DNA of 64,000 nt from the NCBI RefSeq assembly GCF_006345805.1, contig NC_043010.1, forward strand, positions 62,434,001 to 62,498,000, in the 5' to 3' direction. Made by a program: the position numbers and the translations under genes. How positions within the stretch are numbered: the stretch's first letter is position 1; the number at the start of each line of letters is the position of its first letter. Of this stretch, positions 49,721 through 60,655 are shown piece after piece. The stretch is from Octopus sinensis. Taxonomy: Eukaryota. The notes under the pieces are model-generated. The model was not told the DNA's origin. It saw nothing but the letters and a program-made list of their open reading frames with translations, and did not search any database.

Positions 49721-50900
49721 TATTATTATTATTATTATTATTCAAATTATGATGAAATTAAACAAAAAGTTTGCTTTAGAAGCGTTGAGATGTATTGAAA
49801 GATAAGGAAATAATTTTATTCTTAGACGCAGGATAATGCTCATAATATAGCATGAACAAGACAAACTGCCCATGTGGTCAGTTTAGCTTAAAGGTAAAGC
49901 ACTGTGACACATAATCACAGAGATGTGATTTCGAGTCTTATGGCTGGCTGCCGACACATTTTTCTGCAAAATACGGGTAATTTATCCTGTTCATGCTATT
50001 TTATCAGCATTATTCTGCATTTGAGAATAAAATTATTATTATTATTTTTATTAAGGTGGTGAGCTGGCAGAATTGTTAGCAAGCTGGACAAAAGCATTCT
50101 GTTTGTCTCCACATTCTCAAGATCAAATTCTGCCGAGGTTGACTTTGCTTTTCATCCCTTGAGGGATCGATGAAAAAAGTACCAATTGAGCCCTGGGGTA
50201 GCTGTAATCAACAAGACCCCTCCTTGCAAAACTTCAGGCCTTGTGCCTGTAATAGAAAGGATAATTATCGTTGTTGTTGTTGAACTGACAGATTCATTAG
50301 CACATTGAACAAAATACTTCTCCAAAATCTTTAGATTCTGAGAACAGGGCTACCAATTTTAGGGATGAGAGTAAGTCGATTATATCAGCCCCAGTGTTCA
50401 ACTGGTACTTATTTTATCAGCCCTGAAAGGATGAAAAGTAAAGTCAACCTAGGCAATGTTTGCCCAGCACACTTATCAATTTTACCAGCTTACCATCTTA
50501 GAAATCATAATAATAATGATTTCAAATTTTGGCACAAGGCCAACAATTTTGGGGGAGAGGGTAGGTTGATCACATCAACCCTATTGTTCACCCTGAAAGG
50601 ATGAAAGACGAAGTCGACCTCGGCAGAATTTGAACTCAGAACACAAAGTCAAGTGAAATACCGCTAAGCATTTTGCCTGGTGTGCTAACAATTTGGCCAG
50701 CTTGCCACCTTAGTAGTAGTAGTAGTAATGATAATAATAATAACAATCCTTTCTACTATTGGCAGAAGATCTGAAATTTGGGGAGAGTGATAGTCGATTA
50801 CATCAACCCCAAAAGGATGAAAGGCAAAGTTGACATGTCAGAATTTGAACTCAGAATGTACCAATTGGCAACGTGCTGCTAAGCATTTCACCAATAAAGC
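49470..50900. mobile_element. Cluster of about five SINE family B copies in mixed orientation among (TAA)n/(TAG)n tracts
   Basis: Repeated gaaaggatgaaaggcaaagt.gacc motif near 49575, 50425, 50595 and 50812, and its reverse complement near 50140. Confidence 0.8.
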
Positions 50901-51546
50901 AGTTATACTACTATCACTACAATTGCAAGTAGTAATAGTAGTAGTAGTAGTTGTTGTTGTATTAATAAATAATAAGAAAAACATTAAAAATCCATGTGTT
51001 CTTTTGGAGCCAAGATACAAGGCCCTTCCCATCACCGTGACCACCACAAGTTATTATAAGAGACAGGGTTGGTGGTAGCTGTAGATAGGTGGATTAACCT
51101 CAGGATATTGATGGTAGGAATTCTTAATCAGCTTTAGAGGGATTAACTGTCAAAGTCGAACCTAGCGGGAAATAGAAATAGGAAATGTGAGGCAGCATAC
51201 TGGAATCGGTAAAGAATTCCCAGGGCTAATAGTCTGCCGAATGGAGCGAGACATGTCCCCTCCCCCCAACTACGGCAGACAAGGAAATGTAAAGGCACAA
51301 TACGTGTCTTAGTTTCATTAAAAAAAGTTTTAAAAAATTGAATTATTTGATTTTTTTTTCTTCAAATTTTAAATATTAAAAAAAAAAACCCAATTTGTAA
51401 GATCGGCACACTGCCACAGAATGGATAATGGAAAATATTGGAGGGGAAGGGGTGGGGGTGACGTTCATGGTGTTCGGAATAGGGGTGGGGGTCTGGTAGT
51501 AATATGTGAAATGAAATGTGCATATGTGTGTGTGTATATACACACA

Positions 51547-51597
<51 letters not shown>

Positions 51598-52014
51598 TAG
51601 ATATGTTTATATATAATGCATATATATACACACATACATGGTATAGATATATATATACACACACATATAAACATATATATGGTATATGTATATATAATGC
51701 ATATATATATATAAGCACACACACACATACACATGGTATACATATATATACATATATGTGTATGTCTGTATGTATATACACACAGGATGTATATATATAT
51801 ATATATACACACACTCACATACAGACACCTGTATATATAATGCACATATATATATACATACATGATATATACACACACACACATATATACATATGGTACA
51901 TGCATATATACATGTGTGTGTGTGTGTGTGTGCTTGTCTCCATTTCCCACTACTGCCATAAAATGAAACGAAAAACAAAAGTGTACTCAATACAAGTTGT
52001 AAACTCCATATTTG

Positions 52015-52020
52015 TTTATT
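52015..52020 (-). terminator. Candidate polyadenylation signal (AATAAA) for ZNF-B, implying a 3' UTR of about 3.9 kb
   Basis: AATAAA on the minus strand with U-rich cttttgtttttcgtttcatttt about 35-55 nt downstream. Confidence 0.3.
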
Positions 52021-52553
52021 CAAAGTTGAGGCTTCACTCTGTTTCCTTTCTGTTTTTTCAGGAAACGGGCAACTCGATGTCGTAACGCAGTGCAGAGCTT
52101 CATGTTTGAATAAATAAATATATATATATATATAAATATTTGCAAATGTAATATATATTATACGGTGAATTCTTAGCTGACCGACATGTTAGGAAGGTAA
52201 AAAGTAAAACAAACTAATAAAAAAAAATAAATACGATTAAAAAAACAAAAAGGAAAAATGGAATTTATATATATATATATATATAAAATATATAAAACAG
52301 TTAAATTGGTGTATATGATTTTCATTTTTTTTTAAAAAAAAAACATTACAAAAAAATGTCTACACCCTACAGGGTGTATATATGTTTTGCTGCAAGTCAA
52401 AAGATTAAAAAATACAACATCAACAAGAGAATAAAAAAAAAAAAATTCTTTGGCATTATTTAAAACATGATACATACATATATACATATGTATGTGCATA
52501 CATACATATATATACACACACATATATATATATACACATATATATGCACACAC

Positions 52554-52596
<43 letters not shown>

Positions 52597-52717
52597 AATA
52601 TATATATACATACATATATGCACACATATATACATATATATATATTCACATATATGACTGTATGTATCTGTATGTGTGTATGAATATATATATATATATG
52701 TATGTATATGCATATGA

Positions 52718-53635
52718 CGAGGTGGTATCAAAAAGTTCCTGGACTAGTTTTGTAGTACTTTAACAGATGGCAGCACATGGTTGTGTGCGCAGTGACCTTC
52801 ATGTGCCAATGTCTGGGTGACTTTATTGTGTTTACTTCACAAGTTGTGAAATTTGAGGTTTCGTGATCCTGTGTGTCTGCTGTAAATCTGCGATTTTGTG
52901 GTGGACAGGAAGATGGAGCAAAGAGCCTACATCAAGTTTCACGTTAAACTTGCAGAGTCTACAACAGCGGCATCGAACATGCTTCGGCAAGCTTACAGCA
53001 ACGAGGCACATGGGTCGTATACAATGTTTCGAGTGACACGGATGCTTGAAAAAAAACAAAAAAAAAAGAATGTCCCTGGTGGAAGACTATGAACAATCTG
53101 GAAGAGCTGCCGTGAGTGTCACCCCTGGAGATGTGGTATCGTGTGCGTTGAGGATTCGTCCTACAGGGCCATACCATCAATCGAGAGTTCTACTGCAACA
53201 TTTTGAAGCGTTTGAGGGGACATTCAGTGAAACCGACCCGATCTGTGGAGCGCAAACAATGAGATCCTACATGACCATAATGCACCGTCACTGAGCCCTC
53301 GCCACTTGGGAGTTTCTCACCAAGAACAACATGGTACCACTTCTGCACCCATCTTCTTCCCCGGATTTAGGACCTGCAGACTCCCATTTCTTCCACTAGA
53401 TGAAAAGGCAGCTCGAAGGGGTCACTGTTGTCACAGATCAAGAGCGAATTTGCAGAAGGTCCTCGACTCACTTACAGAAAATGACTTCCAAGCCAGGTTC
53501 CAAAACTGGCAGGAATGATGGGACCAGGGTGTTGTTGGACAAGGTGGACTATTTCGAAGGAGATAATGGGAAAACTTCAGTAAATAGGTTATTTCTTATA
53601 AAACATAAGTCCAGGAACCCTTTGATGCCACCTCA
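52718..53635 (+). mobile_element. Internally deleted mariner (DD34D-type) element
   Basis: 28-bp TIRs cgaggtggtatcaaaaagttcctggact / agtccaggaaccctttgatgccacctca, followed by TA. Remnants MEQRAYIKFHVKLAES..MLRQAYS, LHDHNAPSL and SSPDLGPADSHFF (YSPDLAP-like). Confidence 0.88.
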
Positions 53636-53792
53636 TATATATATATATATAGATATATATATATATACATATATACACACATATCTATATATAAATATAT
53701 ATATGTATATATATATATATATATATTTATACATATATATATGCATATATACATATATTTATACATACATATATATGCATATATATATATTT

Positions 53793-53823
<31 letters not shown>

Positions 53824-54239
53824 TGCATATACACATATATATGTGTGTGTATATATATATAAAAAAGATTCTAGAAATACTACACAACTGTAAGAAAGAC
53901 ACTTGAACATGCTAGAATGTGTATTAGAATACAGTAGAACACACACACACACACACAAGCAGACTCCCCTTTTCTCTCCTCCTCCTCTTCTTCCTCGAGG
54001 CCCCTTTCCCTCCAAACTCTCAGCAAATCACAACTTTTCTTGTCGAAGGAATGAAGACTGCAGACAAAACTGCACAGTTCCATATGTTTGATTGTGTATG
54101 TGATGTTTCTTATGTGCATGTGTGTGCATATGCATGCATATGGGGGTACGTATGTGCATGTATGGGTATATACATACATATATATATATGTCATCATCAT
54201 TATTTAACATCCATGTTCTATATATGTATATATTCTATA

Positions 54240-54516
54240 CTCTTTACTCTTTTACTCTGCAAATCGACCCCGGAACTTATTCTATCGGTCTCTTATGCCG
54301 AACCGCTAAGTGACGGGGACGCAAACACAGACACACAAACATACATATATATATGACAGGCTTCTTTCAGTTTCCGTCTACCAAATCCACTCACAAGGTA
54401 TTGGTCGGCCCGGGGCTATAGCAGAAGACACTTTCCCAAGATGCCATGCTGTGGGACTGAACCCGGAACCATGTGGTTGGTTAGCAAGCTACTTACCACA
54501 CAGCCACTCCTGCGCC
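54240..54516 (-). mobile_element. SINE family A with internal deletions
   Basis: Reverse complement of the head and core, ending cagccactcctgcgcc. Confidence 0.88.
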
Positions 54517-54881
54517 TATATTAATGAAGTACAACACACACACAAACAGGTGTATATGTTTAAGTGGGTGTGTATGTGTGTGTGTGTGCATGTATGAGTG
54601 TTAGGTATTTTCTATAACACACAAACACAAACATACATACAATTAGTATACAGTTGTTTGTCTATGCCTGAGCTTGTTTATGCATACCTGTATAAAGACA
54701 GGTGTTCATAGACACACACACACACACACAGATAAACTCATACAATTATGCATGCGCACATGCACACACGAGTGTCATTGTCAGAGGGTCAATGCTTATG
54801 TCTATTATTCAACCATGTGTCTGTAGGTACAAGTGAACTTAAGACCATATATAAACACACACACACATATATATATACATA

Positions 54882-55285
54882 GGCGCAGACATGGTTGTAT
54901 GGTAAGAAGTTAGTTCTCCAACCATGTGTTTTCAGGTTCAGTCCTACAGCACGGCAGCAAGAGAAAGTGTCTTCTACTATAGTCCCAGGCCAACCAAAAC
55001 ATTGTGAGTGAATTTGGTAGAAGGAAACTGAATGAAGCCTATCATATATGTGTGTGTGTGTGTGTTACTGTCTCTATGCCTTAGCATCAGGTGATAGTTG
55101 TAAACGAGTGTCACCTCTTTTTCCAATATTCTGCAAAAGCATATCTGGTCATGGGGAAATATTATCTTACTTGGAAACAGGAGGGTTGGCAACAGGAAAA
55201 GCACTCCTTATGTAGGAAATTCACTGTAACAAACCCTATCCAACCCATGCCAGCATGGAAAAGTGGTAGCTAAAATGATGATGAT
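54882..55285 (+). mobile_element. SINE with family-A head/core but an RTE-like (GAT)n tail
   Basis: Head and core as in family A, then ggttggcaacaggaa...caacccatgccagcatggaaaagtgg..atgatgatgat. Same build at 60827-61220 (plus) and 20815-21225 (minus). Confidence 0.75.
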
Positions 55286-55929
55286 ACATATATATAATAT
55301 AACATACATATATATACATGTACACAGATTTGAGTGTTTCTGTGTATATATGTGTGTTTGTGTGTGTGTGTGGTTGAAATATTATGGATGAACAGATGTG
55401 ATCAGCCACAGATGCTGACTGTGTCCATTTACCAGATATGGAAAACTATAAAGTCATTTCTAGCACGTACCTTGTCCATCTTGTCCACTACCCAAGTGAA
55501 CAATCTGGAAGGTGGTGAACACCTGGACATCGTTAACAATCCAGGTGACACAAAGAATTTTTGATGAGACCCACAGATGGCCTAAAGGCCACTTAGAAAC
55601 ACACACACACACATGCATATTTTCACACACAATATACAACATACAAATATACACACCCCACACAAACATATGCGTAAATGGTAGCGACTAGGTATCGAAC
55701 CAGGAACCCTTCGATTCCAGGCTAACAACTTTTACTGACTAATGTCAAGTGATGTAACAGGTTAAAAAAATATTCATAAAAGACAACTTTAGTCACAAAG
55801 ATGAAAGTAGTCAGGGATCACCAGTGATACCCTAAATAGAGGGCTAGCGAATGTGGGTGGACCCTAATGTCAGCAGAGTTTTTGCAAATACTGTGGGGGG
55901 GTTTGTTTTGGGTGGGGGTGTTGTTTTTT

Positions 55930-57378
55930 TCATGGATGAATTGATTGCCAAAGAAGTGTGCTCATTGGAGTGTACTCCTTGATGTTTTTACAGGATGTTG
56001 GTTTCAAAAAGTTATTCCGCACCGACCCTTGCAGTCGTTTCTGGTTCTCCAGCTCGTGTATCAGAGCAAACGGCTTAATGTCAAGGTCATTAGGTAACTG
56101 TGGCGTTACGAGGTGAGTGCTCCGGTGCAGCTGCAGTTCGTCACGTTCTGCAAACTGCTGCATGCATAAATCACACTGAAACGGCTTCTCCAAAACGGTA
56201 TGCGATGATTTCTGGTGCGACACCAGTTGAGCTTTCTTCATGAATTGCTCCCTGCAAATGTCGCATTGAAAAGGCTTCTCGCCAGTATGGCTCCTCGTGT
56301 GGATCTGTAGCTTGTCCTTTCTGGCAAACTCCTTCGGGCAATATTCGCAAGGAAACGGTTTCTCGCCCGTATGGATTCTTCGATGGATTTTCAAGTAACA
56401 TCTTTGAACAAACTGTTTCGGACAAAGGTCGCAGTGGAATGGCTTTTCTCCAGTGTGGGTTCTTCGATGGATCTGTAGTCGGTCACTCCGAGCAAACTGT
56501 TTGGGGCAAAGGTCACAGTGAAAGGGCTTTTCACCTGTATGTGTCCGCTCGTGGATAAGTAATTTGTCCTTCTGGACAAATTGCTTCGGACAGTAGTTAC
56601 AATGAAAAGGCCTCTCACCCGTGTGGGTGCTTCGATGGATCTTCAGCTTATCGTTGCGTGAAAATCGTTTGGGGCAAAATTCACACTGGAACGGCTTCTC
56701 CCCAGTGTGAATTCGTTCGTGGATCTGAAGTTTGTCCTTGTGGACAAAATGTTTGGCACAGAAATTACATTGGAACAGTTTCTCCCCCGTGTGTATCCTC
56801 TGGTGCAACTGCAATGTGTTGCGTCGTGCAAACTGCTTGGGGCAAAGCTCACAATGGAACGCTTTCTCCGTCGTCCTCGTTGATGACATGGTAGTATGGG
56901 GAAGGGAAGGAGGGGCTAGTGGGGGTAACGTCTTTGGTGCCGGGGGTGGAATCTTGTTCAAAACTGGCTGAGGTTGTTTGAGACAAAGATTATTTTCTGG
57001 TGCAGCCTTCTCGATGGTGTGCATGCGTTCTGGTTGTGTGTGTAAATAAGAATTCTGAACAAACTGCTTCCCGTAAATATCGGGACTGAAAAGTTTTTCG
57101 TTGGGGTGCAAAATGCCGTGGGTCTGTAAGTAGTAACCCTGGGTAAACTGGTTCATGTAGGACTGGTTCTGGAATGGCTTCTCATCCACCTCTGCCATTC
57201 TTGGAGGTTGCTGCTGCTGCTGCTGTTGTTGTTGCTGTTGCTGCTGTTGAGGTGGCTGCTGCTGCTGTTGCTGCTGCTGCTGTATGTTGTTTGCCATCGT
57301 TAGCTGGAACTTTCCGAGCATGTTGCTGGAAAGCACCGAATCAGGAGAGAATTTGTCCATGGTCTGCTGTGTGGCCAT
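55930..57378 (-). CDS. C2H2 zinc-finger protein ZNF-B (482 aa): N-terminal polyQ, two degenerate fingers, Pro-rich linker, nine tandem fingers
   Basis: Uninterrupted ATG-initiated ORF with an in-frame TAA immediately upstream. Nine CxxC-x12-Hxxx(x)H motifs, mostly joined by TGEKPF linkers. Confidence 0.96.
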   Translation of the reverse strand: MATQQTMDKFSPDSVLSSNMLGKFQLTMANNIQQQQQQQQQPPQQQQQQQQQQQQQQPPRMAEVDEKPFQNQSYMNQFTQGYYLQTHGILHPNEKLFSPDIYGKQFVQNSYLHTQPERMHTIEKAAPENNLCLKQPQPVLNKIPPPAPKTLPPLAPPSLPHTTMSSTRTTEKAFHCELCPKQFARRNTLQLHQRIHTGEKLFQCNFCAKHFVHKDKLQIHERIHTGEKPFQCEFCPKRFSRNDKLKIHRSTHTGERPFHCNYCPKQFVQKDKLLIHERTHTGEKPFHCDLCPKQFARSDRLQIHRRTHTGEKPFHCDLCPKQFVQRCYLKIHRRIHTGEKPFPCEYCPKEFARKDKLQIHTRSHTGEKPFQCDICREQFMKKAQLVSHQKSSHTVLEKPFQCDLCMQQFAERDELQLHRSTHLVTPQLPNDLDIKPFALIHELENQKRLQGSVRNNFLKPTSCKNIKEYTPMSTLLWQSIHP

Positions 57379-57604
57379 TTACAGTTGTACAGTCAATATT
57401 TGGTCAGTGACACCAAAGTGTCCTATCTACCTGTCCAGCTCTTAATACCCATGTACCGACTCGTGGAGGACTGGACAGGTAGATAGGACCGACACAGCTG
57501 GATATGGAGTAGTAGGAAGAGGAGAGAGAATCGAGGGCAGCCGACGATGTTGAAACAGCGAAGAAATTACTTGATATCCACATCAAAACATGTCAGCAGA
57601 CGAT

Positions 57605-57625
57605 CTGAAAATAAACAAAACAAGT
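57605..57625 (-). other. Putative 3' splice acceptor of the ZNF-B coding exon (exon would start at 57604, 226 nt before the ATG)
   Basis: Minus strand reads cttgttttgtttattttcAG|atcgtc, a strong acceptor consensus. Confidence 0.65.
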
Positions 57626-58027
57626 TGATAAAATCTCATATCAACAATAGTTTTCTGTCTGTATTTTAACAGGGGAACGGTTAAACCCAGCCAACTTACC
57701 CCTTACACACACACACACTTGTGTGTGTGTGTGTAATTAATTATATATACATATAAAAAAATTATATATACATATATACATATAAAAAAGCCTAGTTTTT
57801 TCCACCTTTATGTATAAATTTATATTAATACATGTGTGTGTGTGTGTGCAGATGTGAGGCAGAATACCTACTGCACAAGTGAAGCATGGATGGAATGAAG
57901 GAATGAGAGTATGTGAGTTGAGTGTGTGTGTGTGTGTGTGTGTGTGCATGCACATTTGTGTATCTCAGTTTTGTGTATGTGTATGCGTGTACATGTGTAG
58001 GAGTCAGTAAGCTACATATTTACAAAA

Positions 58028-58061
<34 letters not shown>

Positions 58062-58066
<5 letters not shown>

Positions 58067-58272
58067 ATCCAAACAAGAAAGCACAAAAAAACACAACAAC
58101 ACGAGGACGTGGAACAAATATAGTATTACTGGACGCTCAGGAAAGAAGGGAAGAAGGAGGGATTAACGTTTCGAGCGGAGTTCTTCGTCGGAAACATAGG
58201 AGAAGCAAAGATCCAGAGAAGGGAAGACAGAGGGAAAAAAATCGCCAGTAGTACTTGGTACTCACGAGGTCA
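58062..58272 (-). mobile_element. Probable Penelope-like terminal fragment within (TA)n, with a degenerate hammerhead-like motif
   Basis: Minus strand 58195-58161 reads gttt-CCGACGA-a-gaactccgctc-GAAA-cg-TT-aatc; (TA)n on both sides. Confidence 0.45.
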
Positions 58273-59699
58273 CATATATATATATATATGTATATATAAT
58301 AATAATAGTAATAATAATTTGTTTATTGGCCACAAGGGCTGACAAAAATTAATTAAAACATAAAGGGACAAAACACAGGACGAAAGTTACAAAGGGTTTT
58401 GTCTGTTTGCAAAAAAACATGTAAAAATTCCAGAGATAACAACGAAAATATAACAATTGAAATTTCCAATAGGGGGAGGCACTTTGAAAGGTTACTCATG
58501 GTATTATTGGGGAATATTATTCCAAACTTACACAGAAAAATTCAATTTAGTAATACTAAATCAAATTTCACAATATATAATATATATATATATATATATA
58601 AATTAGAGAAGAACCACCATTTATCAATTCAACAATGAAATAACAATGATATAATTAAATTATACCACATAGAAAAATATTAAATATACGATAAAACATA
58701 TACCAATAATTAAGTAAAGTACAAAATAATAAATAAAAAGTATATAATTGACTATTTATTTACTATTTTATACATTACTTAATTATTGGTATATGTTTTT
58801 TATTGTATATTTTTTTTTCTATATGTTATAATTTAATTATATCAAAAGGTGGTTCTTCTTTAATTAATATACATATATATATATACATACATATATACAT
58901 ATACATACATACATATATACATATACATACATATATACATACAAACATATACATATACATACATACATACACATACACACATATATATATATATATATAT
59001 ATGCATATGATTCAACATACCTTGTCATAAACTACTACATAGTAATCCCGCAGCAGACAACCCTCTCTAGTGATGGCCACAATATAAAATTACCCCAGAC
59101 TATGTTACAAATTAGTAGGTGATAAAAAGGGCAACTGACTTTAAATTTTGAAAAATAAAACCCATTCCAAACCACAAATCATACGAAACAGTAAAGATTG
59201 GTGAGACATTGTAAGGCCAGTCCAACTCCTTACCCCCATGGAAAAAAATAGATGACTGACGGTGATGATGATAATAAAGATAAATGACTGATGGTAATTG
59301 ATGATGAAGTGGATAAATATATATATATTGTTGCTATTATGTTTAAACTGTTGTATGTCCAAATTTGGCTAAATGCGTTTTCTTCAATATTTATTTTTGC
59401 TTACAATAACTGGTTCTTTTGGTTAAACTATCGTATCTCCAACTGCTTCAGATGCCAAGATATCAAAAATTGTCAAAGTGTAGTACAACGATTTTTTCAT
59501 TTTCTGAGAAAAGCAACATTTTGGACTTACGACACTTTTGCATAATAGCAACGACATAGATCAGTTATAGAACTCAATAGAATCTAGGCACATCAACATG
59601 TAGGATGCCAGAAATGGCTAGGTACAATACCATAAGGTTCCCGGTGAGGTAAAACAACCATGAAGGTATCATGTGTTGGTAGGATATTGTTGATAGGAA

Positions 59700-60655
59700 A
59701 ATACCTGACCTCTTACCAACACCAAACAAACTTAAAATGTGGGATAAAGAAGCAGACCCATCCTACAAGCAGTGTGGAGCAACTTTTTGCATCCTGAGCC
59801 ACATTTTGACCAGATGCCCTTGGGAACTGGGAGAAGGCCAATACACGTGGCGACATGACAAGGTTCTTGGGCAATTCTTCGGTACAAGTAACATAACTGC
59901 CAATTATAAACCCATGTGGGTTTATTTACATTTCTGAAGAAAAAAGAAACCCTTCCCTCCACCCCTAACCCTAATCCCACATATATATATTAAAAAAATT
60001 TTACGGAAAGTGACGATCTTCTTCTACAAATATAAACAAATAGACATGATGTAAACGGTACTCATACCAAAAGAATGCCAGTTCTTGCAGAAATTGCCAA
60101 GTGAACTGATCTGCAAAGGGTATCAAATTCCTAAAGGAAAGTGACAAAGCTTTCAAGACAAAAGCAATGAAAGGGGCCCGTTTTCTATTTTGCATTTAAC
60201 CTCATATTAGAAGATACAAAGTGGATCTGAGGGGCAAACTTGTCTACTCAGAGAAGATAGTGGTAACATCACTTGGACCAGACATGTTCCTGCTCTCCAC
60301 AAATACAAAAACAATCGTGGTTGTTGAACTCACAGACACCTGGGAGAACAGACCTGAAATTTCTCACCCGGTAAGGAAATTGAAATATCAGGACTTAGTT
60401 GATGACACCTTTGCTAAGGGGCTGGCATGTGGCCTCATTCTCCATGAAAGTCAGCTCTCATGGCTTTCATTTGGATCAGTGTGCTATTTCCTACAGAAAT
60501 TAGGTCTGAGAACCAGACAACTGAAGAAAGCCATCAAGGAATTAGGGACCTCAGCTGAAACTAGCACAAGATGGCTATGGTTGATAAGGACTGCAATTGG
60601 AACCATTCCTCAGGTGAAGACTAGCTCAGTCTTCGCTGCCCCACTCAGGTGAAGC
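59700..60655 (+). mobile_element. Non-LTR retrotransposon 3' remnant with a restriction-like endonuclease (HERO/NeSL-like)
   Basis: DLLPTPNKLKMW, a decayed CCHC knuckle HILTRCP...YTWRHDKVL, then PD-(D/E)xK-type LGPDMFLLS...IVVVELTDTWE...RKLKYQDLV and terminal AETSTRWLWL. Interrupted by unrelated sequence near 59950-60215. Confidence 0.8.

Noticed and set aside
57703-57736. Palindrome ttacacacacacacac-tt-gtgtgtgtgtgtgtaa near the ZNF-B acceptor
   Set aside because: Adjacent (CA)n and (TG)n tracts are common in this DNA, so it is not distinctive.
60221-60652. 143-aa ORF as a host nuclease gene
   Set aside because: It is the decayed endonuclease end of a non-LTR retrotransposon, with GTG start, frameshifts and a disrupted upstream knuckle.
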